From an uncultured Sulfolobales archaeon (GTDB taxonomy: Archaea; Thermoproteota; Thermoprotei_A; Sulfolobales; NBVN01), in NCBI GenBank assembly GCA_938073905.1, contig CALJEN010000005.1, positions 244,088-308,087 of the forward strand: a stretch of 64,000 nt of DNA. Reading direction: 5' to 3'. Each line of letters opens with the position of its first letter. Position 1 is the first letter of the stretch. The notes under the pieces were generated by a model. That model made no database searches. It saw nothing but the letters and a program-made list of their open reading frames with translations, and was not told the DNA's origin. The position numbers were made by a program, and so were the translations under genes. Positions 45,533 to 54,947 of this stretch are shown here, in pieces.

Positions 45533-46744
45533 TCAGCTGTCGCTGCGGCGGGACCCTCCTACGAACGTAGGCGCCCTGTATCTATCCCTCAAAACCTCCA
45601 TGACCCTATCGTAGTTGGCGAGCAGTCTCCGTGCGGACTCCAGGGCTATGTCTGCGAGCAGCTCCGCGTCGTCGCGCGTCGCGTACGGTATTCCGTTGAG
45701 ACGGATGTAGTCGCTCCCGACGACCATGGAGACCACGGCACCCGTCCCCGGGGCGATGCCGCAGGCCCCCACTAGCTCGCAGAGATCCTCATCCATGAAG
45801 GTCACCCCGCCGATGTCCTCGCACACGATTTTCGCCAGACTGGCTGCGGCGGCCACCTTCTCCCGAGCTCCCGGAGACCTCTCGAACTTCAGCAGCTCCT
45901 CCTTCAAGGACTCGGTCAGCGCGCGCTTGGTCTTCTCCATGCTCCCGGCGAACCTCGGGAACGCGGTGTCGACTTCGACGTACTCTAGCTTTCTCTCTTC
46001 GAGCACGCTCCTGACGACCTCTGCGACCGCAACGTTATCGTAGTCTCTGTTGTACCTCAGGAGGAGGGAGGTCTGCCGGACCCTTTCGGAGAGCCCGGGA
46101 ATGAAGGCCTTGCCCTCGAGGACTACCGTGGGCTTGGCGAGAGAGTCTAGCTCCTTCATGACCTCGCCCTTGATGCCGAGGGGGACGTTCCCCTCCAGGT
46201 TCTCGTTGGGCCCTATCCCGTAGCCGGAGCCGTTCACGGTGATCGCGACAGCGAGGGCTCCCCCCTCGACGTCCACCCTCACGCCCCCGACCGCGTCGCC
46301 GAGGGCCTCCTCTCTCCTGAGGATGAAGCCGCGAACCCTCCTGACCAGAGTATCGAGCACAGCCACGGACAGAGCGTACTCGACCGCTACCGGGACCTCG
46401 AGGCAGCCGTTGCCGTACATCCTCCCGAAGATCCTCAGGGTCTCTAGGTGCGGCAGAGACGCGTCTGCCCCCTCGAGGCGCCTCAGCATCTCAGCCTCAA
46501 AGACCGTCAGGCCCCTCCTCGGCGAAGCGCACCCAGACCCCCCGTCTCCGGTCTCCACGCAAACCTTCTCCAAGGAATCTACTGTGATCCTCCTCACGGT
46601 CGTGTCGAAGTCGAAGAACTTCCGGAGCAGGCTCACGGCCGAAGCGAACCCGAGGGAGTCGTCCTGGAAAAAGCCGCTGTGACTGTATACGTGTCCGACG
46701 CCTACGTGCCCAGCCACTAAGACGACCTTGCTGGGCTCGGCCAC
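45533..46744 (-). CDS. orphan cytoplasmic protein (403 aa), co-operonic with the DAACS transporter, located between two CRISPR arrays
   Basis: ATG ORF 10 nt downstream of the transporter stop, with typical codons. No motif recognised. Confidence 0.7.
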   Translation of the reverse strand: MAEPSKVVLVAGHVGVGHVYSHSGFFQDDSLGFASAVSLLRKFFDFDTTVRRITVDSLEKVCVETGDGGSGCASPRRGLTVFEAEMLRRLEGADASLPHLETLRIFGRMYGNGCLEVPVAVEYALSVAVLDTLVRRVRGFILRREEALGDAVGGVRVDVEGGALAVAITVNGSGYGIGPNENLEGNVPLGIKGEVMKELDSLAKPTVVLEGKAFIPGLSERVRQTSLLLRYNRDYDNVAVAEVVRSVLEERKLEYVEVDTAFPRFAGSMEKTKRALTESLKEELLKFERSPGAREKVAAAASLAKIVCEDIGGVTFMDEDLCELVGACGIAPGTGAVVSMVVGSDYIRLNGIPYATRDDAELLADIALESARRLLANYDRVMEVLRDRYRAPTFVGGSRRSDS

Positions 46745-46754
46745 GGCATCTTCC

Positions 46755-47954
46755 TCAGCGCGAGTAGTACTTCCTCTCGTCGAAGTCCCTGAGGACTAGC
46801 TTGCTCACGACTAGGACGCCGAGGGGGTCTCCAGTGACGTTGAGCATGGTGTTCGGCATGTCTATGAGCGTGTACACTCCGGCGATCCACCCGACGGGCT
46901 CCATGGGTAGACCCAGGGTGGTCATGGTCACGGCGGCTATCATTATGCCCCCGCCGGGAACCCCCGCACAGGCGGCCGACCCGAGGACTCCCATCAGTAG
47001 CGCTATGAATGTCCCAGGGGCGCCCAGCGAGACCCCGTACATCTGGGACACCCAGACAGCGTAGATGGACATCTCGGCAGCTACCGCCTGCATGTTTATG
47101 GTCGCCGCGATCGGCAGGATCAGGCTGGTCGCGTCCGCGGGGACTCCTAGATCCCTCGTGACCCTCATGGTCACCGGGAGAGTAGCCGAGCTGCTGCATG
47201 TGGTGAACGCCGTCAACATGGCTGGGTAGATCTTCCTCCAGTACTGCAGTGGGTTGAGTCTGAGCACACCCATGAGCACTATTGGGTGGTAGACGAAGAG
47301 CACTATAGCGTAGCTGACCCACTGGGTTACGATCATCATCGCGACGGCCGTCAGGCCCATGGCTCCGACGGTCGCGACGAGGTTGGCCATTAGAGCGAAC
47401 ACTCCGATCGGCGCGTACCACAGGACGAGGTCGACTATCTTGTAGATCACCGTCAGCGTGGCACTCAGCAGCTTCTCGAGGAACTCCCTGCTCTCCGGCG
47501 CGAACTTGCCTATCAGGGACACGGCGAAGCCCACGAACAGAGCCATCACTATTATCTGCAGCATGTTGAGCTCTAGGAACGGCTGGACCGCGTTCCTCGG
47601 GATTATTCCCAGCAGCACGTCTACGGCCGAGGCCGGTGCCGGAGCGACCCACCCGGGCGGCGCAGGAAGCTGCAGACCGATGCCCGGCCGTATCGTGCTC
47701 GCCATCACAAAGCCGGTAGCGGCGGCCAGGAAGCCCATCACGAGCCAGTAGGCGAAGAACCCCCCGAATATCCTGCCGAGCCTCGCGTACACCTTGACGG
47801 TGGTGACGGCCCACGCGATGGACACGAAGACCAGAGGTCCTACGATGAACTTTAGCAGGTAGATGAATATGTCCCCCAGGAACTTTATGCTAGTGACGGG
47901 CTCACCGACGGCCCAGCCAATTAGGAGGCCCAACAGCGTCGCCACGAGCATCAT
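46755..47954 (-). CDS. dicarboxylate/amino acid:cation symporter (DAACS/GltP family)
   Basis: SSSATLPVTMRVT and IAATINMQAVAAE motifs. The start was reassigned to ATGATG at 47954 (399 aa). The track's extra 58 codons have low GC3 and contain the TATA box GGATTTATAAACC (~48058-48070). Confidence 0.85.
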   Translation of the reverse strand: MMLVATLLGLLIGWAVGEPVTSIKFLGDIFIYLLKFIVGPLVFVSIAWAVTTVKVYARLGRIFGGFFAYWLVMGFLAAATGFVMASTIRPGIGLQLPAPPGWVAPAPASAVDVLLGIIPRNAVQPFLELNMLQIIVMALFVGFAVSLIGKFAPESREFLEKLLSATLTVIYKIVDLVLWYAPIGVFALMANLVATVGAMGLTAVAMMIVTQWVSYAIVLFVYHPIVLMGVLRLNPLQYWRKIYPAMLTAFTTCSSSATLPVTMRVTRDLGVPADATSLILPIAATINMQAVAAEMSIYAVWVSQMYGVSLGAPGTFIALLMGVLGSAACAGVPGGGIMIAAVTMTTLGLPMEPVGWIAGVYTLIDMPNTMLNVTGDPLGVLVVSKLVLRDFDERKYYSR

Positions 47955-48388
47955 TAGGGGCCTTCTACCGGGCCTCAAGGCAAGCTCGAACCCGGCTCCG
48001 GTTTCCCTAGGTGCGGAGGCCTGGGCCGTAAAGTACCACCGAGCGTGTCTGCCCCCATGGTTTATAAATCCTATGGTTACGTAATACCCGAAGGGCGCGA
48101 AACGGGCAAAGATCCTCGCGGAGCCCAAAGAGCTCGCTTTCAGCCGGAGGAGCGCCCTCGAGAGGACCCAGGCTGAACCGGCTTTCCCCGTACTCGCGGA
48201 CCACGTCTCCTAGGCGTCCTGACCTTGGCTGGAGAGAGCTCTGGCCTGAGGCTCCGGGACGTGAAACCCTGAGCTCTGCGGTTCCTTACCCTACCTTCCA
48301 CGACGGCAGCTGTGCTCCGGGCCGAAAGGGGCACAGATATTTACAGGTACGTGACCTTTCCCCTGGCTTAGCCCATGTGGAAGTTCTG

Positions 48389-48815
48389 GTTTCAAACCCT
48401 TGTAGGTAGTCTAGCGACTTTTAATACCCGTAAATGCTTATGTCCCAGCAATAGTTGTTTCAAACCCTTGTAGGTACTCTAGCGACCTCCCCGCCCCCGC
48501 CGAGCCGGTCAGGGGCTACGAGTTTCAAACCCTTGTAGGTACTCTAGGGACCGGCTTCAGCGAGGTCGAGGTTGAGCTGAGGCTACGGTTTCAAACCCTT
48601 GTAGGTACTCTAGGGACGATAAGTGTGGGGCTATATACTATATGGGGTTTGTAGTTTCAAACCCTTGTAGGTACTCTAGGGACGCTGAGGGCCATAATGA
48701 GATCGGCTCACGAGCACTGGTTTCAAACCCTTGTAGGTACTCTAGGGACCAGGTCTATCTTAGCGAGAGCATCGTAGTAGGGAGCGTTTCAAACCCTTGT
48801 AGGTACTCTAGGGAC
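48389..48815 (-). CRISPR. CRISPR array 2: 7 repeats, 6 spacers (35-38 nt), adjacent to cas2
   Basis: Repeats at 48389, 48457, 48522, 48588, 48654, 48720 and 48786. Three variants occur: ...GGTAGTCTAGCGAC (1x, distal), ...GGTACTCTAGCGAC (1x) and ...GGTACTCTAGGGAC (5x, leader-proximal). Confidence 0.95.
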
Positions 48816-48903
48816 CCTAGGGAGAACTCCTTGCCAGAGCTTATAAACCCTCCAGTCGACCCCCGATCGCCCACCCCCCTCCCAGGGATCGACTGAAGAG
48901 AGC
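48816..48903 (-). promoter_or_regulatory. CRISPR leader of array 2
   Basis: Homologous to the leaders of arrays 1 and 3. It contains GCTTATAAACC and GTCGACCCC...GGGATCGAC, and abuts the cas2 stop. Confidence 0.85.
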
Positions 48904-49167
48904 TCACAGCACTATCGATCTCTCGCCCTTCACGACCCCCAAGTGTTCCTTCCTCATGTACGCTGTGGTCCGGAGGATGTAGAACACTACCGAGTCTTCC
49001 TCCTTATTAATCACTCGCAACACTTCGCTCTTCAACCTTACGAAGTCGGCCTCGGTGATCTCCCCCTCGAGGACGGAGTTCTGAATCCACGTAAGGTATT
49101 TCCTCGCTATGCTGAGAACCTTGGAGACCCTGTCGACACCGACATCGTAGACCATTATCACGGACAC
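48904..49167 (-). CDS. cas2: CRISPR-associated endoribonuclease Cas2
   Basis: 87 aa, MSVIMVYDVGVDRVSKV...NSVLEGEIT...VVFYIL. The ferredoxin-like Cas2 pattern fits, and it follows cas1. Confidence 0.92.
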   Translation of the reverse strand: MSVIMVYDVGVDRVSKVLSIARKYLTWIQNSVLEGEITEADFVRLKSEVLRVINKEEDSVVFYILRTTAYMRKEHLGVVKGERSIVL

Positions 49168-49171
49168 TCTC

Positions 49172-50212
49172 TCACCACGGCGCGACGAAGGGGGTATACT
49201 CCTTCTCTCCCATGAGGTGCTTCTCCAGCTTGTACAGCTCGATCCTTATGAGCCTCCTGTACGACGCCCGCGCTCCCTTCCTGTAGGTGATCGTCTGCCT
49301 GAGCTTGTTCTCGTACTGCTCCACGAAGATCCTCCTCCCCTGCTCGCTGAGGTACACACCGCCCAGCTCCTCCATGAAGTGCGTGCGGTCCAGCATCCGC
49401 TTGTTCACCAGCGCGAATATGAGCCTATCCACTATCACGGGCTTGAAGACCTCGGCAACATCCAAGTTTAGCGAGAACCGCCTGAGGCTCGCCGAGTGCA
49501 GGTAACCTATCCTCGGGTCCAGGTGCGTCTTGTATATCTCGCTCAGCACCGTTGCGTAGAGGAGGCTGTTCCCGAAGCTCAGCAGAGCATCCAGCCGGCT
49601 TCCGGGCGGCCTCCTCTCCCTTCCCCGGTAGTGGAAGTCCGGGTCGCTAATGATCGCGTTGAACGAGGTGTAGTATCGCTCCCTGGCCTGCCCCTCGATG
49701 GCCATGGCCTCCTCCACCGTGGAAGCGGAGCCTAGGCGCGAGAGGGCCCTCTCGAGGAACTCGACCGTCTCGCCCAGCTTCTCCCTCCCGTACTCCAGCG
49801 CGCTCTCGGACGTTTCCCTGTTCCGGCTCCGGCTGACGTAGTAGGCGACGTTCTTCAGCATGTTCTTCACACTGCCCTCGACGAATTTGCGGGCCAGGAG
49901 CAGTCTCTTCGAGTAGTCTAGGTAGTGCTCGCACTGCTTCAGAGTCATGAACCCGGAGCTGTAGAACACCCGCGGGTAGTAGCTTCCCACGTAGTAACCG
50001 TAGCGGTTGAAGAAGTGCAGCGTGATCCTCTTGGCCGCGAGAAACTCCAGCAACCTCTTGTTGATGGTCACCTCGCCGAGTATGTACAGGGAGGAGACCT
50101 CGGCGACCGGTACGTACTTCTTCTCGCCGTCGGGCTTTACGAGGCACAGGGTGTTCGCCTCCCGCTTTAACCTCCCGGAGCTGAAGATGTAGAGGGCCTT
50201 CTTCACGTTCAC
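49172..50212 (-). CDS. cas1: CRISPR-associated integrase Cas1
   Basis: About 346 aa from GTG at 50212 (GTGA overlap with the cas4 stop). Cas1 signatures include ALLSFGNSLLY, GYLHS and VFKPVIVDR. Confidence 0.92.
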   Translation of the reverse strand: MNVKKALYIFSSGRLKREANTLCLVKPDGEKKYVPVAEVSSLYILGEVTINKRLLEFLAAKRITLHFFNRYGYYVGSYYPRVFYSSGFMTLKQCEHYLDYSKRLLLARKFVEGSVKNMLKNVAYYVSRSRNRETSESALEYGREKLGETVEFLERALSRLGSASTVEEAMAIEGQARERYYTSFNAIISDPDFHYRGRERRPPGSRLDALLSFGNSLLYATVLSEIYKTHLDPRIGYLHSASLRRFSLNLDVAEVFKPVIVDRLIFALVNKRMLDRTHFMEELGGVYLSEQGRRIFVEQYENKLRQTITYRKGARASYRRLIRIELYKLEKHLMGEKEYTPFVAPW

Positions 50213-50736
50213 GCCCAGCAGAAATCCCTGTACGCGCACCTCCTGCAGTATGGAGTTCTGGCGGGCGGCGGAGGACGCTCCAGCCGCACGATCTCCCTTA
50301 TGTCGTCGAGGACCCCGAGAAGGGTGCTCTCGCTATCCTCGTCGAGCCTCACGCGTATCCTCCTCTTCTCTCTGGGCACCAAGATCTCTCCGACCATGTC
50401 CACACCGTACTCCTTGAGCCTGTAGAGGTAGTAGAGAAGCTGAAACCGTGTCGCTTGGAGGTACCTCGACGAGGTTTTGACCTCGCACACGACCCTCCTC
50501 CCCCTTCTGAACACGTCGATCTTCATGCCCTCCAGAGACACCTCTCTTAGCGCATCGCGGTAGAACACCTCGTGGATGGCTCTACCCATCTCTAGAGCTC
50601 GGTCCTCCTCGTCGGGGGCTATCCCGCGGCTCATGAGCCACACTTCGCGCTTGCAGATGAAGTAGTACCAGACCATAGTCCCCGTAATCGGTCTGCCGGA
50701 GGGAAGCATGTACGGTGGCGTTTCGCCGTGCGACAT
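50209..50736 (-). CDS. cas4: CRISPR-associated exonuclease Cas4 (RecB-like, 4-Cys)
   Basis: YYFICKREVWL (N-terminal Cys), EVKTSSR (nuclease Lys) and the C-terminal CRRCAYRDFC. ATG at 50736 avoids overlap with cas3; the track start at 50817 overlaps it. Confidence 0.88.
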   Translation of the reverse strand: MSHGETPPYMLPSGRPITGTMVWYYFICKREVWLMSRGIAPDEEDRALEMGRAIHEVFYRDALREVSLEGMKIDVFRRGRRVVCEVKTSSRYLQATRFQLLYYLYRLKEYGVDMVGEILVPREKRRIRVRLDEDSESTLLGVLDDIREIVRLERPPPPARTPYCRRCAYRDFCWA

Positions 50737-50746
50737 GGGATCACGG

Positions 50747-53188
50747 CTAGAGTATGGTGGGCTCCAGCTCTCCATCTCTTGCGTCCCTGAACCCCGTTTC
50801 CGGGTCGTAAAACGCACGCACCTCGCTGCGAGGCACGTACAGTATCCCGAGTCTTCGGTGAGGCTCGAGACTTCTTAGCGACTCGTCGCTCTTGTACACC
50901 TCCACCGTGTAGTTCTCCAGCTCAGCCCGCAGCCTCCTCAGCTCCGCCCTCAGCCCGAAGACCTTCTCCAAGTCCTCTTCCTCCCTCAGGTCTTCTAGGA
51001 GCTCGGACGCTCTCTCCAGGATCTCGCTTGCGCGCTCATCGTACTCTACGTAGACCGGAACCTTCGGCTCTTCCTCTATGAGCGAGAAGTCGGCCAGCCC
51101 CTCGAACTCCAAGCCCGTTATCTTGTCTATCCAGCGCCTGCTTCCCTCACTCGCCCTCACGTTTATCCTATAGGAGATATCCTCGTAGTACTTGTCGATT
51201 AGTCCGGCAAGCTCGCTCTCCTTCACCGCTCCCTTGCCTCTCAAGAGCTCAAGAGTCCTCGGAGGGAGCACCTTGCCGTATATCCTCACGGAATCCTCGA
51301 CCCCCTTCTCGCCCGCGACCCTGACTACGTAGACTCTACCCTCCGGAAGCCTGCCGTTCCTGTTGCACCTACCGGACGTCTGGACGATAGAGTCCAGGGG
51401 GCCCAGGTCCCTGAACGCGATGTCGAAGTCTAAGTCGACGCCGGCCTCCACTACCTGCGTCGACACCAGTATCACGCTCCGCCCCTCCCTCAGCAGTCTC
51501 TTCACCAGCTCGATCCTCCTCTTCCTCTCGAGAGGGAGGACGCTCGTGGACAAGTACGCGAGCACTACCTTCGGCGAGCCGAGCACCTCCTCGTCCGAAG
51601 AGCGCCCTACCCTGACTGCTCTGTCTCCCAGCCTCTCCGCCAGCATTCTGTACACTCTCTTGGATGTCCTCACGGTGTTGAGGACGACGAGGGCTGACGA
51701 GCCCTCCCTCCATTTGGAGAGGAAGAACTCTACGAGCTCCTCGGCGCTCATTTCCCTGTCGAGGTGGGGGTAGATGACCATCCTGTTCAGCTGACCGAAG
51801 TACCTATCTCTGTTGGCTACTAGCTCGACCGCGCTCCTTTTACTACCGAAGCTCTCCCTAAATATAGCCGGCATCGTGGCCGTCATTAGTATTATCTTGA
51901 CGCCGAGGTGCTCCGCCAGGTATAGCAGCGCGTCCCTCACGAGCCTCCAGTACTCGTAGGGGATAGCCTGGACCTCGTCCAGTATGAGAATGGAGTCGGC
52001 TATGTTGTGAAACTTCTTCAGCAGAGAGTTCCTCGACCCGATGATAGACCTCAGGAGCTGCTCGAACGTCGTGACGACGAGCTGCGAATCCCATGCATCG
52101 ACTAGGAGCAGCAGCTCGTCGAGAGGCCTCTCGTGGTTTTCCCCGGATGCTGGGAAGGCCTGGTGGTGGTGCTTCAGGAGAGTAAACGCGTCGGGCCTCT
52201 TCCCGTAGTAGGTCATCAGAACGTCCTCGAAGACCGAGTGCGTCTGCTCTATGATATTTATGTAAGGTAGGGAGTACACTATCCTCGAGTGCTTGGTGCG
52301 CTCCATGAGCCTCAGCGCAACGTATAGGCCCAGCAAGGTCTTTCCGGAGCCCGTCGGTGCGGTGATCGTGATCACGCTGGGGAGGTCGCCTCTCAGCAGC
52401 TCCTCGAGGCTCCTCTCGACCTCCGAGAACAGGCTCCTCCTGAGGGCGTGCATCCCCCGGGGGTCTTCCTGGGTGAACTTTTCTCGTATGTACCTCGTAA
52501 CGATGTCCGGTCGTAGAACCTCGGTGCGCTCCACGCGTCCGACCCTTCCCGCATCCTTCTTGTCCGCATCGATGAGAGCCGAGAAAACCAGCAGTGTGTA
52601 GTAGTACAGCCGCCAGAGCTCACTCTCGTCCATATATGTCATGGCTCTGAACGCTTCCTCCAACCGGGCGCTCACATCCTTCAGGGAGGCGTCGAGATCG
52701 TCTATGAAGTCCACGGCCTCCGATATGCCTATCTCAGCGAGCTCTCGAGAGACTGTGCCCAGGTTCTTCTTGAGAGAGTCTACCTGCTTTTCTAAGAAGG
52801 TCTTGTCTCGGTTGATTGCTCTAATCCTCTCGGGCAGCGCACTAAAACCAGTGAGGTTTCCATGGTGAGAGCGCACGCAGACGAACCCCATAGCGCTCAG
52901 GAGGGGGTTTTTGAGCCTCCTTGCCGCGAGCCAGGACGCGATGATGGAGGAGAGGTGGGAGTGCTTGTGGAGCTCTCCCTCCGCTTTTCCGTACTTCAAA
53001 TAATCTTGGAAGTAGGTCGTATACTTAGCCACATCGTGGCTCTTGCCGACGAGCTCGGCTAGCTCGGCTATCTTCGGGTCTCTCTCCTCGACTACCTTTA
53101 GGACGTACTCCTTGCTGAGCTCCCCTACTCCCCTGAGGTGGTCCTTCAGCAGTACCCATTTATGCGAGTAAAACTCGCTGAACGTCAC
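50747..53188 (-). CDS. cas3: Cas3 HD-nuclease/helicase fusion
   Basis: 813 aa. N-terminal HD domain (GKSHDVAKY, HSHLSS, VRSHHGNL) followed by helicase motifs APTGSGKT, ILDEVQ and QVVEAGVDLDFD. Confidence 0.92.
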   Translation of the reverse strand: MTFSEFYSHKWVLLKDHLRGVGELSKEYVLKVVEERDPKIAELAELVGKSHDVAKYTTYFQDYLKYGKAEGELHKHSHLSSIIASWLAARRLKNPLLSAMGFVCVRSHHGNLTGFSALPERIRAINRDKTFLEKQVDSLKKNLGTVSRELAEIGISEAVDFIDDLDASLKDVSARLEEAFRAMTYMDESELWRLYYYTLLVFSALIDADKKDAGRVGRVERTEVLRPDIVTRYIREKFTQEDPRGMHALRRSLFSEVERSLEELLRGDLPSVITITAPTGSGKTLLGLYVALRLMERTKHSRIVYSLPYINIIEQTHSVFEDVLMTYYGKRPDAFTLLKHHHQAFPASGENHERPLDELLLLVDAWDSQLVVTTFEQLLRSIIGSRNSLLKKFHNIADSILILDEVQAIPYEYWRLVRDALLYLAEHLGVKIILMTATMPAIFRESFGSKRSAVELVANRDRYFGQLNRMVIYPHLDREMSAEELVEFFLSKWREGSSALVVLNTVRTSKRVYRMLAERLGDRAVRVGRSSDEEVLGSPKVVLAYLSTSVLPLERKRRIELVKRLLREGRSVILVSTQVVEAGVDLDFDIAFRDLGPLDSIVQTSGRCNRNGRLPEGRVYVVRVAGEKGVEDSVRIYGKVLPPRTLELLRGKGAVKESELAGLIDKYYEDISYRINVRASEGSRRWIDKITGLEFEGLADFSLIEEEPKVPVYVEYDERASEILERASELLEDLREEEDLEKVFGLRAELRRLRAELENYTVEVYKSDESLRSLEPHRRLGILYVPRSEVRAFYDPETGFRDARDGELEPTIL

Positions 53189-53925
53189 ATGAAAACTCCC
53201 ACGACTTTTCCTCCATCAACAGCGCACTCGAACACTTCGCCGTCTATCAAGACCTTCAGGGGCCTCCCTCTACCCTCGTATACGTAGGTTTCTAGCCTCT
53301 TCGGCTTTCGATTTTCGTCGAACTCCGCGGGCACCGATTCCTCTCTGAATATCTCTCGGTCCTCCTGGGGGTATATCTTTTTAACCATCGAGAGGGGTAT
53401 CACCGTGCTCACCTCGACTTCACCGTCGGGTCTGTAGAGCTTAGCGTCCACGTAATCTACGAACTCCACCTCCGCTAGATTGTTGGCAGTGCCGAGAGAC
53501 GGGGGATAGGCGAACTTATGCCTCCTCGCTCTATCCGTGAGCTCCTCTAACAGTCTCCCATCCACGTGGTTGAAGAAGATTCTGTACACCAGCTGCTCGA
53601 GCCGGCTTTCTCCCGAGAGGAGCGTGTCGACGCGTATGATGGCACGTACCTCCATCCCCCGGAGCTTCTTCAGCGTGAGCGGCCTGTCCGTCATCAAGTA
53701 GTTCAGGGTGTTTGTAGAGCGCCTCACCGGCGACCTGATCTGCAGAGCTATCCTGCTTCTGTCTGACGAGAAGAGAGAATAGTAAGAGTCCCTGCCGTAA
53801 CCGAGCATAGCTGCTATCATTCCAGCAATCGTAGTCCTCGGCGGAAACGCGTAACTGAGGGAGCTCGTCGTGGAGTAGTGCTTCCTGAAGTGTCCAAAAA
53901 AGCCTTTAACGTCAAAGATCAGCAA
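53185..53925 (-). CDS. cas5: Cas5 (type I-B class)
   Basis: 246 aa with N-terminus FDVKGFFGHFRKHYSTTSSLSYAFPPRTTIAGMIAAMLG, typical of Cas5. Confidence 0.88.
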   Translation of the reverse strand: MLIFDVKGFFGHFRKHYSTTSSLSYAFPPRTTIAGMIAAMLGYGRDSYYSLFSSDRSRIALQIRSPVRRSTNTLNYLMTDRPLTLKKLRGMEVRAIIRVDTLLSGESRLEQLVYRIFFNHVDGRLLEELTDRARRHKFAYPPSLGTANNLAEVEFVDYVDAKLYRPDGEVEVSTVIPLSMVKKIYPQEDREIFREESVPAEFDENRKPKRLETYVYEGRGRPLKVLIDGEVFECAVDGGKVVGVFM

Positions 53926-53933
53926 TCTTGCAC

Positions 53934-54947
53934 TCAGATCAGGCCCCCCCTCCTCTCGAATGGCCCGATTATGGCAGCCCTAATCTCCTCCTCTCTTAGT
54001 TCGTGCGGGAGCAGTCCTACAAGCTGCGCGCCGAGCCCCTTTTTGATCGACTCTACCAGGTACTCCAGCTCTTTGCTCGTTCTGACGTATACTCTGGATA
54101 TGAGGTCCTTGTTGCTCTTCAGGTGGTCCAATAGCTTGTCGAACTTTATGTCCAAGTCCTTGAAGTCTCTTATCGCCTTGCCCTCTTTCGGGTTGACCTC
54201 GACGAACTTGCGCAGATCTCCGAGGACCGTGTCGGCGTCCCTATACTCGACCCTGAGGTAGAGGTGCGGCATCTCGCCGATCTTGCTCCGCGTCGTCGGC
54301 TGAACCTGGAGGGCCGTCCACATGAAGTTGTCGAATATCTTGAGGTCCGTCTCCGTCATCCCCGTCACCCTCGCCCTCCTGCCGCTCACGACCCCGTAGA
54401 ACGCTATCAGCGAGTAGTATACACGCCAGTCCTTGCCCATCGTGCCGTACCTCTCCGCGAGCTCCCTGCCTGCGAACACCGAGGTTATCGTCGAAGACTC
54501 CACAAGCTCAACTTCATGGAGGGAGAACCCCCACGTGAACTGCACTGGACCCACGAGCGATACAGACTCGCCCCTCTCCTCACCGCCAATCGGTAGAACG
54601 GCTCCGAAGAGACGCGCATCTATCAGCTGCCTAAGCACCTCGAGGGCTCGCGTAACTCTCTCTTCCTTACTCTTGAAGCCTACGCCGAGCTTCTTCGCCA
54701 GCTCCTCGAATCTTTTGTCAGCTCTAACGCTTACGCCGCCGAGCTTCGTCACGTAGACGTAGTCCTCGCCGTACCTCTCGACGAGGTAGTCTCTGAAGAA
54801 CCTCTTCAGCCTGACGTCCGAGACCAGGTTTATGTTAGTCTTCGGATCTATCCTCGGCCTGTTCTCCGCGTCCGGGTCGCCGTTGGGATTGCACATCTTT
54901 GCCTCGTAGATGAGCAGGATTTCGCTGTTGGGAAGACCCTCTTTCAA
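53934..54947 (-). CDS. cas7: Cas7 backbone subunit (Csh2/Csd2-like)
   Basis: 337 aa with YEAKMCNPNGDPDAENRPRIDP...VSDVRLKRFFRDY, a typical Cas7 I-B/I-C N-terminus. Confidence 0.88.
   Translation of the reverse strand: MKEGLPNSEILLIYEAKMCNPNGDPDAENRPRIDPKTNINLVSDVRLKRFFRDYLVERYGEDYVYVTKLGGVSVRADKRFEELAKKLGVGFKSKEERVTRALEVLRQLIDARLFGAVLPIGGEERGESVSLVGPVQFTWGFSLHEVELVESSTITSVFAGRELAERYGTMGKDWRVYYSLIAFYGVVSGRRARVTGMTETDLKIFDNFMWTALQVQPTTRSKIGEMPHLYLRVEYRDADTVLGDLRKFVEVNPKEGKAIRDFKDLDIKFDKLLDHLKSNKDLISRVYVRTSKELEYLVESIKKGLGAQLVGLLPHELREEEIRAAIIGPFERRGGLI

Noticed and set aside
46717-47814. 365-aa Arg-rich ORF overlapping the DAACS transporter.
   Set aside because: It is off-frame on the same strand as a gene with clear transporter motifs, and its composition is typical of GC-driven spurious ORFs.
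48642-48896. 84-aa ORF in the track (MGFVVSNPCRYSRD...).
   Set aside because: It lies entirely inside CRISPR array 2 and its leader. The repeated SNPCRYSRD peptide is just the translated repeat.
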